Virus record (IMG/VR): IMGVR_UViG_3300025652_000534
Location: 1 to 24,314 of that record
Length of the DNA: 24,314 bases
Source: a virus
Lineage: Duplodnaviria; Caudoviricetes
Strand: one strand, 5' to 3'
Of this stretch, positions 1-10,032 are shown one piece after another (within the stretch, counting starts at the first letter, position 1; the number at the start of each line of letters is the position of its first letter). The translations under genes were made by a program, and so were the position numbers. Under the pieces are notes generated by a model that worked only from the letters and a program-made list of their open reading frames with translations, was not told where the DNA came from and ran no database searches.

Positions 1-114
1 CTCTGGCGTGGTGTCATCAAACAACAAATGAGGCACCGCGTTTTCATAGTTTAAGCCCGCCGGTGCTGTGGCGTCATAGCCAGAAGGCGGGACAGGTAAA
101 AGAATCTCACTCAC
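1..114 (-). CDS. Hypothetical virion-associated protein, N-terminal 38 aa (runs off window)
   Basis: GTG at 114-112 overlaps the TGA of ORF 111-470 (GTGA coupling). Open to the window edge: MSEILLPVPPSGYDATAPAGLNYENAVPHLLFDDTTPE. Not in the ORF track. Confidence 0.6.
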   Translation of the reverse strand, partial: MSEILLPVPPSGYDATAPAGLNYENAVPHLLFDDTTPE

Positions 115-470
115 AGTTTATTCCTCAAGGCAGTTTTAAGTTGGGCAGCAGTCCGATTCCCTAGTCCAGCAGCACTTCTTAAAATATTGATTTCATCAAG
201 CATGATCAGTGCAAATGCTTTATCAAACCCAGACACACTCAGCCGGTCTGCTATGCTGTCGTTTTCCGCTTCTAGCTCAGCCGCATCTACAGCATCCCTA
301 TCCACTTGAGACATCAGAGAAACAACGTCACCGGTTAGTTCCCAGTACTTAGATTCGTACCCAACAACTGCGGCCATATCGGGATCAATAATCCAGTCAA
401 CTACGTCATAATCTGGCGTGTTGACCGATGTTTTGTATAGCTTAGTTGCTCTGTTTAATACGTTCGCCAT
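111..470 (-). CDS. Hypothetical protein, possibly tail-fibre-associated
   Basis: 119 aa. AAGGA RBS upstream, follows the ejection-protein block, helical acidic C-half. Confidence 0.6.
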   Translation of the reverse strand: MANVLNRATKLYKTSVNTPDYDVVDWIIDPDMAAVVGYESKYWELTGDVVSLMSQVDRDAVDAAELEAENDSIADRLSVSGFDKAFALIMLDEINILRSAAGLGNRTAAQLKTALRNKL

Positions 471-481
471 TATAAACGTCC

Positions 482-859
482 TTAATTAATTGTTGGGTCT
501 TGAGGAGCAACCGTCATGCCAGTGATAAAGCCGCGAGTGTTACGCTGCACATTAAACTGGTAATTAGGTCTTTCCACCGGTGGTGGTGTCTTCATCGCTG
601 TGACCAGTTTCTCTAACGGTCTCATGTCAACGGTGCCGCCCTTGAAGTTCGCAAGCGCTTCTGTGAGCTGGTTCAACGCTGTCGCTATCGCAACGCTTTG
701 ATCCTGGACAGACTGTTGCTGTGCCTCAGTGATCGCTCTCAGCTGATTCAGTACGTCCTCAAGACCCTCAATCATCAGAGGCTGATCATCAGGTGCCTCA
801 ATAGATGCGCCGCCATCCAGCAGCTTCGTTAGTTCTTTTATCGATAGTTTACGTGGCAC
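482..859 (-). CDS. Hypothetical coiled-coil protein of the virion module
   Basis: 125 aa. GAGGTG RBS, abuts the upstream stop, heptad-like central helix, C-terminal beta-hairpin-like FNVQRNTRGFITGM. Confidence 0.6.
   Translation of the reverse strand: MPRKLSIKELTKLLDGGASIEAPDDQPLMIEGLEDVLNQLRAITEAQQQSVQDQSVAIATALNQLTEALANFKGGTVDMRPLEKLVTAMKTPPPVERPNYQFNVQRNTRGFITGMTVAPQDPTIN
506..522 (-). promoter_or_regulatory. Sigma54 (RpoN) -24/-12 promoter box
   Basis: Minus strand CTGGCATGACGGTTGCT (GG-N10-GC), about 36 bp upstream of the ATG at 470. Confidence 0.7.
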
Positions 860-3064
860 TTATAAACACCTCACTAATTGTTCAACGACATTCCGTCGCT
901 GCATGGTCGCATCGAACACCTTTTGAGCAGGCTGGGTAATGGTAACAGTTCCTTGAGTACCTTCCACCTCAACCTCTTCACTGATCGTTGCGTCGCCAAA
1001 ATCTTGCTTGGCACTGAGTGCAGGCGTTTGACTCAGCGTCTCTTCACTCAGTCGAGCCATCTCACCGGTTTGTGGGCCTTCCACTGTAAAGCCGAACCGG
1101 TCAAATGCCTCTTGAACACCAATGTTTTGTTCTTTTGCAAACACCACCATGCGAGCAGCAACGAAGTCTGACATAACCTTCGCGTGCTGCGGGAGCACTT
1201 CACCGGAATCAATCAGCTGTCCTTTCACGGTGTCAACAATTTGCTGCGCTTCGACATACTGGCTGACGTTCTCATTGGCCACGTTAGCCGCGTAAGCCAT
1301 GTGATCAGCGAATGCTCTCTCAGCGTTCTCTTGCTGGAAGGGGCTGTTAACTTCTTCACTCAGGCTCATGCCTTCACGCAGTGCATCAAAGTGCTCTGTG
1401 CCGGTCATGTCAGCCGCGACATCTGCGATCGGTATCACGATGTCAGTTTTCAGTGCCTCAGACTCACCCAACTTCTCACTCAGCAGGGTCAGTGCTGGAT
1501 CCGCATTGATCTCCTCGTCTGTCTTACCCTGAAGGTAGAGCGTGGTGAGATCCGCATCGATAAACAAATGGGTATTTTTATCTTTGTCTGCTTTTTGAAC
1601 AAAGTCACGGAAGGTGTCCACACTGTGTTCTTTCAGTTTTGCGTCAGCGGTTGATTCGTTAATCGCGTTTATTTGAGCCTGCTCGTTCTGGGCAAGCTGT
1701 GCTTTCGCTTGCTTGTTTTGATAAACCTGGATCAAAGTACCCGGCGCACCAAATGCTACCGCTGCCTGTGTTCCTTTCTCAAAAGACTCAGCGACTCGAT
1801 CCCACATTTGTTCATCGAATAAAAGGTCTACTAAGTCCCCTGGTGAGGCATCGTCAAACGAGCTCTCATCCATTATTTTCGCAATTTCACCGGTAAAGAT
1901 GGTGACAAATTCCTGTGCGCCCTCGGTGAATCCTTCCGCAGCTACTGCTGCCGCATAACCAGCCGCTATCCGACCGAAAACTGCTCGACCGGATTCTGTC
2001 AATAATGCGTTCTTAACCCGGCTGCGAATAGCAAACCGGACAGCAGGGCTGACGGTGCGACCAAAGCCGAATAACAGCGACGCTGACTCAAGTCCCGCGT
2101 TGACTATGCCAACAGCAAGCGCCCCCTGGTTGGCCAGTTGCTCATCGAGCACATTTCCCTGGTCATCAGTCATTCCAATAAATTCAGAACGAGCAAGGCC
2201 ACCCTCCAAAGTGAACGCCTTGAGTGCTACGCCAAACTGAGCACCCATTTTAGCGCCGGGTACGCCTGTTGCGACATAAGTGGCAAGAGCACCAGCAGGG
2301 CCAGTAGTGAATAGTGCTGCTGCCGTAGGAACACCGCCCGTGACAACTGAGCCTACAGCGGCCCCTTGAAGCGCCCCGCCGCCTATTTCAAACAGGATGG
2401 GAAGCTGCTCCGCAGCGGTTAATGGGATTTCAGTAAGATAGTTTAAGTCCGTGCTGAGGAGTTCTTTGCTTTGAGTCTCGGTTAACTCGGTCAGACGAGC
2501 AAGGTCTTCAGGTGACGCTGGCTCTGAGCCAAACAATCCCGCCATCATCTGCTTCGTATGAATATCAGCTATCTCAACATTAGCAGCACCGCGATGGTAA
2601 GAAGTGCCAATGTCCGTGAGATAATCATTACCGCTGTCGATGTCTTCATCAAGACGGTTTTTAAAATCTTTGTTTAAGTTATCAAAAGCACTTTCAATTT
2701 TCTGAAGGGTAGGGATATCGTCGTGCGCTATGGCCGCATTTTCATACTGGCTCAAGTGCTCGTATGTCACCGGGTTCTTCTGGGACATGTTGTAGAAATC
2801 AATACTGTCTAACTGTTGAGTGCGCTCGACCGCTTCAGGGTCCGCTTCAACAGCGGCAGGGGGCATCCCTGATTGCTCTGACAAGAGCTTTGTCTTAACA
2901 AACTGCTCAGGGTTCACCTTCATCGCTTCGTTGAGCGTAGGGCGTAGTTGCTGAGACTGTTCGACTTGTGCGAGGTTTAGCTCACCGACGGTTTCATCGT
3001 CAACAGCAGGAGCACCGGTTGCAGTGACTGCATCCCAGTTAACATTATCAATATTAAAGGCCAC
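860..3064 (-). CDS. Internal virion (DNA ejection) protein, large type
   Basis: 734 aa. Third gene after the GNAT gene in podovirus order, Gly/Ala-rich hydrophobic segments, AEGFTEGAQE motif typical of ejection proteins. Confidence 0.7.
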   Translation of the reverse strand: MAFNIDNVNWDAVTATGAPAVDDETVGELNLAQVEQSQQLRPTLNEAMKVNPEQFVKTKLLSEQSGMPPAAVEADPEAVERTQQLDSIDFYNMSQKNPVTYEHLSQYENAAIAHDDIPTLQKIESAFDNLNKDFKNRLDEDIDSGNDYLTDIGTSYHRGAANVEIADIHTKQMMAGLFGSEPASPEDLARLTELTETQSKELLSTDLNYLTEIPLTAAEQLPILFEIGGGALQGAAVGSVVTGGVPTAAALFTTGPAGALATYVATGVPGAKMGAQFGVALKAFTLEGGLARSEFIGMTDDQGNVLDEQLANQGALAVGIVNAGLESASLLFGFGRTVSPAVRFAIRSRVKNALLTESGRAVFGRIAAGYAAAVAAEGFTEGAQEFVTIFTGEIAKIMDESSFDDASPGDLVDLLFDEQMWDRVAESFEKGTQAAVAFGAPGTLIQVYQNKQAKAQLAQNEQAQINAINESTADAKLKEHSVDTFRDFVQKADKDKNTHLFIDADLTTLYLQGKTDEEINADPALTLLSEKLGESEALKTDIVIPIADVAADMTGTEHFDALREGMSLSEEVNSPFQQENAERAFADHMAYAANVANENVSQYVEAQQIVDTVKGQLIDSGEVLPQHAKVMSDFVAARMVVFAKEQNIGVQEAFDRFGFTVEGPQTGEMARLSEETLSQTPALSAKQDFGDATISEEVEVEGTQGTVTITQPAQKVFDATMQRRNVVEQLVRCL

Positions 3065-4685
3065 TGTTATACGCCCTCAAGATGGTCTCAGCCGTTATCG
3101 GTATGTCGTGCTCGATCAGTCCCTTACGAATAGTAGCGATCTGCTTCTTAACCGCACTGCTTCCACCGAGTGTAGTCGCCACAGTGTTCATCGCCATGAG
3201 CTCAGCGACGGGAGTGTTTCTGGCGGTGAGTGTTTTATCAAACATCAAGAAGTTATTCTCGAGAACAAACTTGCTCGTGGTGGAGTTAACCAGGGTGGCC
3301 AGCTCTGACTGAGTTAGCTTCGCTTTCTTAGACTCTTCTGCGGCAAAAACAGCATCCTGCATGGCTTCATAAAACTCATCGACCTTCTTGCCTTCCTTCT
3401 TGCCAAACAGTGTTTCAGCAGCTCGCTGCATAGTCTGGTGCTTACTGCGCAGGAACGTGTTGTGCTTGCCTGATTTCGCGCCATCAATCGTCGTGCGAAC
3501 TTTACCGAGGTCGGCAGGCGAGAGGTCATTAGTGTACTTGGTCCAATCCAGCGACGCTTGATCAGAGGGTGACATTGCTAAAATACGATTGAACACCGCT
3601 TGATTCGTAACAGTCTTTTTACCTGCTCGCAACTTGTCCTTCTGGGTTCTCGTTAAGTCGTCCCATTGCTCAGGGGCGACAGAGATGAATGCTTCCACTG
3701 AGACATTATCGTCGAAGACAGTCTGTTGAGCACTCTCCCAGGCGTCAGCCTTACGTTCTTTCTCAGCCTTAGCCTCCTGGTTGTACAGGCGAGTTATCTC
3801 CTGACGGGTAGACTTACGCAGCTCAGGATCAGCAATCTCCTCAGCGGCATCGAGCGCCTCTTGACGAGTAGCGTTTGCTCGCTTGATCGAGCTTGCGTTG
3901 TTGATGGCAGTAGTCGCATCACTCTGAGTTTTCTCAGCCTTTTGCTTTTTCACAAGTTCTGCCTGCAACTTCAAACGGTCTGGACCTTCCAGTCGGTTGT
4001 CCAGTTTGTCGAGTAATTCTTCCCCCGCAGCAGCGTTATTTGCTGTCGCAGCTGAAATAGCAGCAGAGGCAAAAGATGATCGGTAGGTCTCGAGACTTTC
4101 GTTCAATGCCTCACCGTCGAGCCCCTGCTTAGCACCGATATCGAGGATAGTCTGTTCACCGATGGATTCCTGCTCACGCAGGCCATCAGGATCGTTCCAG
4201 CTCACCACGGCGTTTTCAATGGTGTTTTCCACCGACGCCTTCATTGTGGCGACTTCCCAGGCATCGAGCCCTTTGGTGGCGTGTTGGCTAATGCTGGCAT
4301 TCCCACGGGTAACATGCTGCTCTGCAACACGGTCAAACAACCGCTTGGAGTGCTGATTGGTCAGCCCTTCACTGAACTGCTTCTTCAGCTCACCCAGTGA
4401 ATTGGTGGCATCCTCAGCACTGTCATAAGCAGTACGACCCTGAGTCTTGAAATAACCGGTGTCAGGATTGAAAAACATGTCATTTTTAGCACGTTCAAAC
4501 TGCACCGCTGCTTCTTCAGCCTCAGTGGTAGCAATGCGCTCCTGCATTATGCCGACGCCCTTGCCTAGTGCAGACACCCCTTCACCGAGCTGACCTAAGT
4601 TACTGGCAGGGAGAGACTGAGCACGTGCGCCTTTTGTGATGTTAGTCTCAATTTTTTGGAGACCGTACTGCTCTACCTTCGGCAT
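3054..4685 (-). CDS. Internal virion (ejection) protein, T7 gp15-position equivalent
   Basis: 543 aa, helical and Ala/Glu/Lys-rich, MPKVEQYG-type N-terminus, coupled to its neighbours. Confidence 0.7.
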   Translation of the reverse strand: MPKVEQYGLQKIETNITKGARAQSLPASNLGQLGEGVSALGKGVGIMQERIATTEAEEAAVQFERAKNDMFFNPDTGYFKTQGRTAYDSAEDATNSLGELKKQFSEGLTNQHSKRLFDRVAEQHVTRGNASISQHATKGLDAWEVATMKASVENTIENAVVSWNDPDGLREQESIGEQTILDIGAKQGLDGEALNESLETYRSSFASAAISAATANNAAAGEELLDKLDNRLEGPDRLKLQAELVKKQKAEKTQSDATTAINNASSIKRANATRQEALDAAEEIADPELRKSTRQEITRLYNQEAKAEKERKADAWESAQQTVFDDNVSVEAFISVAPEQWDDLTRTQKDKLRAGKKTVTNQAVFNRILAMSPSDQASLDWTKYTNDLSPADLGKVRTTIDGAKSGKHNTFLRSKHQTMQRAAETLFGKKEGKKVDEFYEAMQDAVFAAEESKKAKLTQSELATLVNSTTSKFVLENNFLMFDKTLTARNTPVAELMAMNTVATTLGGSSAVKKQIATIRKGLIEHDIPITAETILRAYNSGL

Positions 4686-5263
4686 TACGCAAACCCTCTG
4701 AAGTCGTCAGCAGCTTTGAGCCCCTGAGTACCATTGAAGTTGCTCAAGGGTGACACTGACAGCTCAGTGATCGCAGCACTGTCTGCGGCAAACCACTTGT
4801 CAGCCACACCGGATCCTGCAAAAGTGCCAGCTGCTTTGAATAGCGAGCTCGTGAACGCGGCCTTGCCTGCGGACTTAGCAGCTTTACCCTGGTCTCGAGT
4901 GAGTTCAGCTTGTTGATCCAGCACGTTAGCTGCGTCCTGGAAGTTGCCGCGTATTCTGAGTGCATCAGCATTACCGACGATCTCGGTGTCTGTCTGAAGC
5001 AGCAGTGCGGACCCGCTGTTTACATCCACACCGTTCGCAGCAGCTTGAGTGCGTTGACGAGAGATCATGTGACGCACTTCATTGCGATGTCTAATCTCTT
5101 CCTCAGTGCCCTTGTTTCGAGTACGAATTGCTTCGTTCTCTGTCTGACGGGCGTTGTACTTCGCTACGCCGTTGTCGTAGTCACCCTGCTGTTTAGCAGC
5201 ATAACCCTGCATAACAGTACCCATTGCCATAGCAGTGGCGGCGATCGTGGCTGGTTCACACAT
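4685..5263 (-). CDS. Internal virion protein, T7 gp14-like
   Basis: 192 aa. MCEP start with a hydrophobic Ala-rich N-terminus and AANGVDVNSGSA motif; lies after the GNAT gene. Confidence 0.8.
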   Translation of the reverse strand: MCEPATIAATAMAMGTVMQGYAAKQQGDYDNGVAKYNARQTENEAIRTRNKGTEEEIRHRNEVRHMISRQRTQAAANGVDVNSGSALLLQTDTEIVGNADALRIRGNFQDAANVLDQQAELTRDQGKAAKSAGKAAFTSSLFKAAGTFAGSGVADKWFAADSAAITELSVSPLSNFNGTQGLKAADDFRGFA

Positions 5264-5736
5264 TACTTCTTCCTCAAGTAAAACGGGTGGAACAATTCTT
5301 CATTAATTCCGTATTCTACAGGACTTTCTATGGTGAAGCCTAAACCCTTCAACCACCGTATGCTTGCGTGGTTTTTAACGTGGACATAATTCGACAACAA
5401 GTTGCACTCGTGCAGCATGTCTTCGATCACGACAGGGGAGGACTTCACAAAAATCTTGCGGTGTTTGGTGATGTTATCGGTGCCGAGCATCCAGGGTGAG
5501 CCGACACGGGTAATCGTAGACTTGCCTGCGGTTAGACCGACAACGCAGGATGGTTCGTCGTATATCTCAACAACAGAAACAAGCTGAGACGCTCTAATGC
5601 TAAACGTCAGCGCCTCGTGAGCGGTATGCCCGTGAGATGCCATGACTTCATCCACGTCAGCCTGTCGCATGTTATCTGCGATGTGCTGCACCGCACTGGG
5701 GGTGACGTGAACAAATTTAACCGCCGAGCGAGACAT
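5263..5736 (-). CDS. GNAT-fold acetyltransferase-like protein (T7 gp13/DUF2833-like)
   Basis: 157 aa with NMRQADVDE, PWMLGT and NYVHVKNHASIRWLKGLGF motifs; directly after the nozzle gene. Confidence 0.8.
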   Translation of the reverse strand: MSRSAVKFVHVTPSAVQHIADNMRQADVDEVMASHGHTAHEALTFSIRASQLVSVVEIYDEPSCVVGLTAGKSTITRVGSPWMLGTDNITKHRKIFVKSSPVVIEDMLHECNLLSNYVHVKNHASIRWLKGLGFTIESPVEYGINEELFHPFYLRKK

Positions 5737-8542
5737 CAGGGATCACCGAGAGAATCGCCATGGGGAGGGGAGCTCGCTGCTCAACGCGAACAGCACCACT
5801 CTTATCCCACATGGGATCAATGAAGACATCCTGCTTGAAAGACCGCAGTGAGATCGTGTCGTACCCGTCAGCATCGATACGTGGTTTTATTTCGTACATT
5901 CTACCCGTCGCACCGAAGTCATCAACCGGACCGACCCAACCACCACGTGATCGATCAACCTCAACAGTAACTTTACCGACTGAAATCTCACGAGGCTTCA
6001 GTGCCTCAGAAGGGATGTCGATATCCAGCATTTCAATGGCAGAAACGTAAGATAATCCGATATGCACACGTGATGCAGCAAGAGGCAGTGTGATAGAACC
6101 ACCGACTACATTCAGATCCTCAATCTCATTACCGTCAGCTAATACTCCAATGGCCTCGCCTTCCAGATGCTCGAGACCTGCGATGCTAGTAACCGCCAGT
6201 CGTACAACACCGCCACTAATATAATTACTAAAAGTAGACCCATCGATATTAGCTCCCGTAAGGTAATCCGTTAATTCAAAAGTGTCTGTTGTCTTATTTG
6301 ATACTTTGTACCGTTGACCGTTGACCTCAGTCATTCCAATCACATCATCGATGTCGATAAGGTCATCGTTAGAAAGTCCGTGCGCGATAACCTCTACGGC
6401 AACAGGGTCTGCACCACCGATGCTGGTTATAGCCAGTGGTGTATCCAGTGATAAGCCAGAATCCACAAAGAACGAGTCCTTCACGTTCGCCGTGTTTCGA
6501 GGCTCCATGCGCTCAATATATCGAACCGTATTGTTGCCGATGATCCGCTTAACAGTCAAGTACACGGCATCACGCCCGTCTTCACTAACGGTGGCCACAG
6601 ATTCAACAACACCACCAAAGTCGTGTTGATGCCAGCCCCATACTTGGTGCTCACGTTGATAAGTTAATCCCAACACCTTGCCGTCGTCTCGAACACACCA
6701 CAGCACCCCGAAAGGCTCAGCAGCAAACGTCATCTCTTCAATCGTATGACCTTCAAACAGGTGCTCAGACATCAGCGACAAGTCGTTACCGGTGTACTTG
6801 TCCGAACTAAACTCATACCCCAAGTCGCGAATACGAGTGCCCTTCTCCTGAAGGTATAACGCTGTGCTGTTGATCACCACGGGTGGTACCCAGGATGAAC
6901 CATTGTATGACTGTGGTTTGAATCCAACCGTAGCCGGTGTCATCACTTTGTCCGTGCCTTCCGTCATGATCCACTCACCGCCGGAGGTCAGCAGGATCAA
7001 CGAGTCAAGTGGCACCAAGTGACGTATTTCATTCACCTGTCGAGCAAACAATACCTGCGTGATCGAGTCATCATCCTTCGCGGGGGTGGACAGTCGATGT
7101 GAAAGCCGGTTAGCCGTCTGCGTAGCAAACAGTGTTTGTGGCTCGTTGTTAGTGTTAGCAAATACTTGTCGCTGCTGGTAGTAACTGTTTACCGCGGGCT
7201 TGTCGTCTACTGCCGTGAACGGCTGACGATCAGAGGGAGGAGCATCACTGGTAAGCGGTGCCTTGTTGAAATCCCTAAAGCTAGACTCATTACTGTCGCC
7301 AATCCACCCATAGACACCAGTGTCGTTCGACGGATCTTTATAGATACGGTAATGATCGGCACCAGTAACATCGCCCCAGTTCAACCTAACACCGAACGTG
7401 GTAGATAATGAAGGGCATCTAATGCTAGATTCTGCTGACGGCAGTGATTCAACACCGTCGGCATCAACAGCAGTTACAACGTATCGATATACTTTACGAT
7501 AGGTTCCACCACCGCTGCCTTCATTGCTAACACCGCCGCCGCCCATCGTAACAGTACCGCCGCTGACATACGCCGTGAACGCGGTAGCGTCAACGCCCGT
7601 TAACTCGAACGTCTCTGTACCGGCGGTCTGGTCATACGCAGTGACAGCACCTACTTCGAACACCTCATCATTTATTTCAGTGGTGCCTACGACATCTGAG
7701 ATAATTATCTCGTTGTTAGCGTTCACAGGTCTAGCAACAGGTAGCCAGATAAAACCGAGAACAGTGGGGGTGAATGAGATCGACACCGTGCAGGGGTTGC
7801 CCAGGGTGACACCAGTAATCGTGTAAGAGGCTGTGCCCGAGAAGAGAGGGAACGGAACACTTGGTGCGTAGTCGATCGCCGTGAGAGTCCACACATCGTG
7901 ATCAGTTCGAGTCAGATCGTAAGGGTCATGACTGGGGTGAGTAATTGTCATCACGTCCGCTGACTGAGCGTATATGAGCCTCGGCAGCTGTTCAGTCGTG
8001 TAGGGAGTAGTCAGCTCAAACACGCGAGCCGAAGTACCGCCAGAAGTGTATGCGGTGTACGCTGTGCCGTCGATGCCGTCAAGGGTGTACGTGTCAGTGC
8101 CGGTGACGGTAAGCTGGTAATACTTGCCGTTGAGCTCAGTCATCCCACCGATGGCACCCAGGTTCGTGGTGTCGCCCGTGGTGTAACCGTGACCGACTGC
8201 TGTTATCTCAACAGGGTTAGCCTGAGTTGCGCCGGTGATGGCTACGGTGTCTTCTACCACCAGCCCACCGTCCTTGATCACGCGCATCTTCAGATCCTCG
8301 AAGACAAGCATGTAGGTTTGTTCAGTGTTAAAGCTAAAAGGGATTAGTCGAGCGCGGTCGCTATGGCTCATCTGCTCAGCGATATAGCGTGTGCCTGGAC
8401 GGTTATAAACACCACCTTGAGGTCGCACGATGAAGTTCTCGCAAAGAGCAAGACCAGTAGCGTACTTAACTAGGTCGGCACGAGAGCGAAGTGCAGGTGC
8501 AATCTCACCTGACGTAAAACTGCGTTGAGTGATCTCGGGCAC
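5717..8542 (-). CDS. Tail nozzle / tail tubular protein B with three FCCH-like inserted domains
   Basis: 941 aa. QRSFTSGEIAP N-terminus, AQSADVMTITHP, YYQQRQVFA, DLSLMSEHLF, QVWGWHQH and PLPMAILSV C-terminus are typical of podoviral nozzles. Confidence 0.88.
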   Translation of the reverse strand: MPEITQRSFTSGEIAPALRSRADLVKYATGLALCENFIVRPQGGVYNRPGTRYIAEQMSHSDRARLIPFSFNTEQTYMLVFEDLKMRVIKDGGLVVEDTVAITGATQANPVEITAVGHGYTTGDTTNLGAIGGMTELNGKYYQLTVTGTDTYTLDGIDGTAYTAYTSGGTSARVFELTTPYTTEQLPRLIYAQSADVMTITHPSHDPYDLTRTDHDVWTLTAIDYAPSVPFPLFSGTASYTITGVTLGNPCTVSISFTPTVLGFIWLPVARPVNANNEIIISDVVGTTEINDEVFEVGAVTAYDQTAGTETFELTGVDATAFTAYVSGGTVTMGGGGVSNEGSGGGTYRKVYRYVVTAVDADGVESLPSAESSIRCPSLSTTFGVRLNWGDVTGADHYRIYKDPSNDTGVYGWIGDSNESSFRDFNKAPLTSDAPPSDRQPFTAVDDKPAVNSYYQQRQVFANTNNEPQTLFATQTANRLSHRLSTPAKDDDSITQVLFARQVNEIRHLVPLDSLILLTSGGEWIMTEGTDKVMTPATVGFKPQSYNGSSWVPPVVINSTALYLQEKGTRIRDLGYEFSSDKYTGNDLSLMSEHLFEGHTIEEMTFAAEPFGVLWCVRDDGKVLGLTYQREHQVWGWHQHDFGGVVESVATVSEDGRDAVYLTVKRIIGNNTVRYIERMEPRNTANVKDSFFVDSGLSLDTPLAITSIGGADPVAVEVIAHGLSNDDLIDIDDVIGMTEVNGQRYKVSNKTTDTFELTDYLTGANIDGSTFSNYISGGVVRLAVTSIAGLEHLEGEAIGVLADGNEIEDLNVVGGSITLPLAASRVHIGLSYVSAIEMLDIDIPSEALKPREISVGKVTVEVDRSRGGWVGPVDDFGATGRMYEIKPRIDADGYDTISLRSFKQDVFIDPMWDKSGAVRVEQRAPLPMAILSVIPDVSLGG

Positions 8543-8545
8543 GGT

Positions 8546-9196
8546 CTAACTCCTTACTGTAATAAAATCACTCTGTGGTTGTTCTGAATACTGCTCGTTA
8601 GCGTCTTCAACTTCAGCAGTAGTAACGTGCTGTTGATACATGGCAATCGCCGCACTTCGTAACCCAGAGCTCTTGTCACCGCCGATGATAGGCTCAGCCA
8701 GCTCAGCCGCTAAGTACCACGAGAAAGCCATGACGAAAATAGGATCAAACAGGCTGGTGTCTTCCACACGAGCTCGATAATCAACGCGAAGGGCTGCTTC
8801 GTTCGCCAAGATCACCTTGACGCCATCAACGACAGCCACCTCGTACTTGATCTGACGATCCAGATCAGGACCGTACATGTCTTCAATGCGACGAGGCCTG
8901 TAGTTAGAGTCTGTCTGAGTGAACATCTCAACGTTAGGGATCAGTCTATTGATTCCCAGGCAGTCAGTCGGATACTGATACGTGTAAGACCAGTTGAACA
9001 CATCACTCGTCAGCAGTGCCAGGGGCTCAATGTAGTGAGCAAACTGCCAGTTGTGAGCACGCAGCAAGAAGTCCCTGATTACAGGATACTTCAACGAGCA
9101 CTGCTGTGCCTGAAGACTTGATTCAGTCAGTGAGTTGATACTACCTGCACGGATGTTAGACAGTGCAAGGTTGCATATATCAACGACGGAAGTCAC
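8546..9196 (-). CDS. Head-tail adaptor / tail tubular protein A
   Basis: 216 aa with SVVDICNLALSNI, HNWQFA, YQYPTDCL and FDPIFVMAFSWYLAAELA motifs. Confidence 0.88.
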   Translation of the reverse strand: MTSVVDICNLALSNIRAGSINSLTESSLQAQQCSLKYPVIRDFLLRAHNWQFAHYIEPLALLTSDVFNWSYTYQYPTDCLGINRLIPNVEMFTQTDSNYRPRRIEDMYGPDLDRQIKYEVAVVDGVKVILANEAALRVDYRARVEDTSLFDPIFVMAFSWYLAAELAEPIIGGDKSSGLRSAAIAMYQQHVTTAEVEDANEQYSEQPQSDFITVRS

Positions 9197-9490
9197 TTAA
9201 AGTGTCTCAACGTTGGTCTTTGGTGGCTCGACAAAAGTTACAGCATCTATTTCTTTTTTGTCAAAAACTTGTTTATTAGCCACGGCTTCAACCGTGTCCA
9301 TATCTTGCGCCATGCGAGCTTGTTCTTCAGAAAGTGTTTCATCTTTCATTCTCTTTAGTGCTGAGGGAACCTGTTCCTTCTTCTTCACCGAAGGGAAAGG
9401 CGTGTCACGGTATAACATGGGGCGCTTGCCTTCAGGATCATACAATTTACCACCCTGAAAACATGGGCTTAATACTTTATAAACGGGCAT
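9197..9490 (-). CDS. Hypothetical virion-module protein
   Basis: 97 aa. AGGAGA RBS, between the cement protein and the adaptor. Confidence 0.7.
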   Translation of the reverse strand: MPVYKVLSPCFQGGKLYDPEGKRPMLYRDTPFPSVKKKEQVPSALKRMKDETLSEEQARMAQDMDTVEAVANKQVFDKKEIDAVTFVEPPKTNVETL

Positions 9491-9502
9491 TTGTGTCTCC
9501 TA

Positions 9503-9539
9503 AATAAAGAAAAGAGGGTGACCGAAGCCACCCCCTCTC
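9503..9539 (-). terminator. Rho-independent terminator after the capsid genes
   Basis: Minus strand GAGAGGGGGTGGC-TTCG-GTCACCCTCT followed by TTTCTTTATT. Confidence 0.8.
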
Positions 9540-9541
9540 AC

Positions 9542-9973
9542 TTAAGCGCCTGTAACGTTAGACTGGTTACCCATAGTAATACCGGCAGTGATCTTGCCCG
9601 TACTAGGGGCAGTGCCTGCTACGACATACTCGATGCCGAGATAACGTCCGGTAATATCTTCAGGAAGACAGTCAATGCTGATCTGCTTACCAGCCACCAA
9701 GTCTGCTAACAAAATAGTTTGTGTAACAATCTTAGTACCCAGGGCAGTCGTTGCACCGGTAGAGATGCTGATCGCCAATGACGTCAGGTTATTAAAGTCC
9801 GCAGTAACTTGGACCAGGACAGGAACCTTAGCGCCTTTACCTACGTCACGAGTGAACGCAGCTGCACCACCGTAAGGTGTTCCCGCTGCGCCTAAGTCAA
9901 TGACATTGGTAGAGTCGGCTGTGGCAGTAATTGCCTGATCGTCCGAAAACAATGCTTGTGCTGAAAAAATCAT
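9542..9973 (-). CDS. Bbp16-like capsid cement/decoration protein
   Basis: 143 aa. FSDDQAITATADSTNVIDLG N-terminus and RYLGIEYVVAG...GKITAGI C-terminus; directly after the major capsid gene. Confidence 0.85.
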   Translation of the reverse strand: MIFSAQALFSDDQAITATADSTNVIDLGAAGTPYGGAAAFTRDVGKGAKVPVLVQVTADFNNLTSLAISISTGATTALGTKIVTQTILLADLVAGKQISIDCLPEDITGRYLGIEYVVAGTAPSTGKITAGITMGNQSNVTGA

Positions 9974-9996
9974 AATTAAATCCTCTAAAAGTCAAA

Positions 9997-10030
9997 CAGC
10001 TGGGTGGCCTGAACTAGCACCACCCAGTTG
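9997..10030 (-). terminator. Stem-loop after major capsid gene (weak terminator or mRNA stabiliser)
   Basis: Inverted repeat CAGCTGGGTGG / CCACCCAGTTG with a 12-nt loop, followed by TTTGACTTTT on the minus strand. Confidence 0.55.
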
Positions 10031-10032
10031 AA

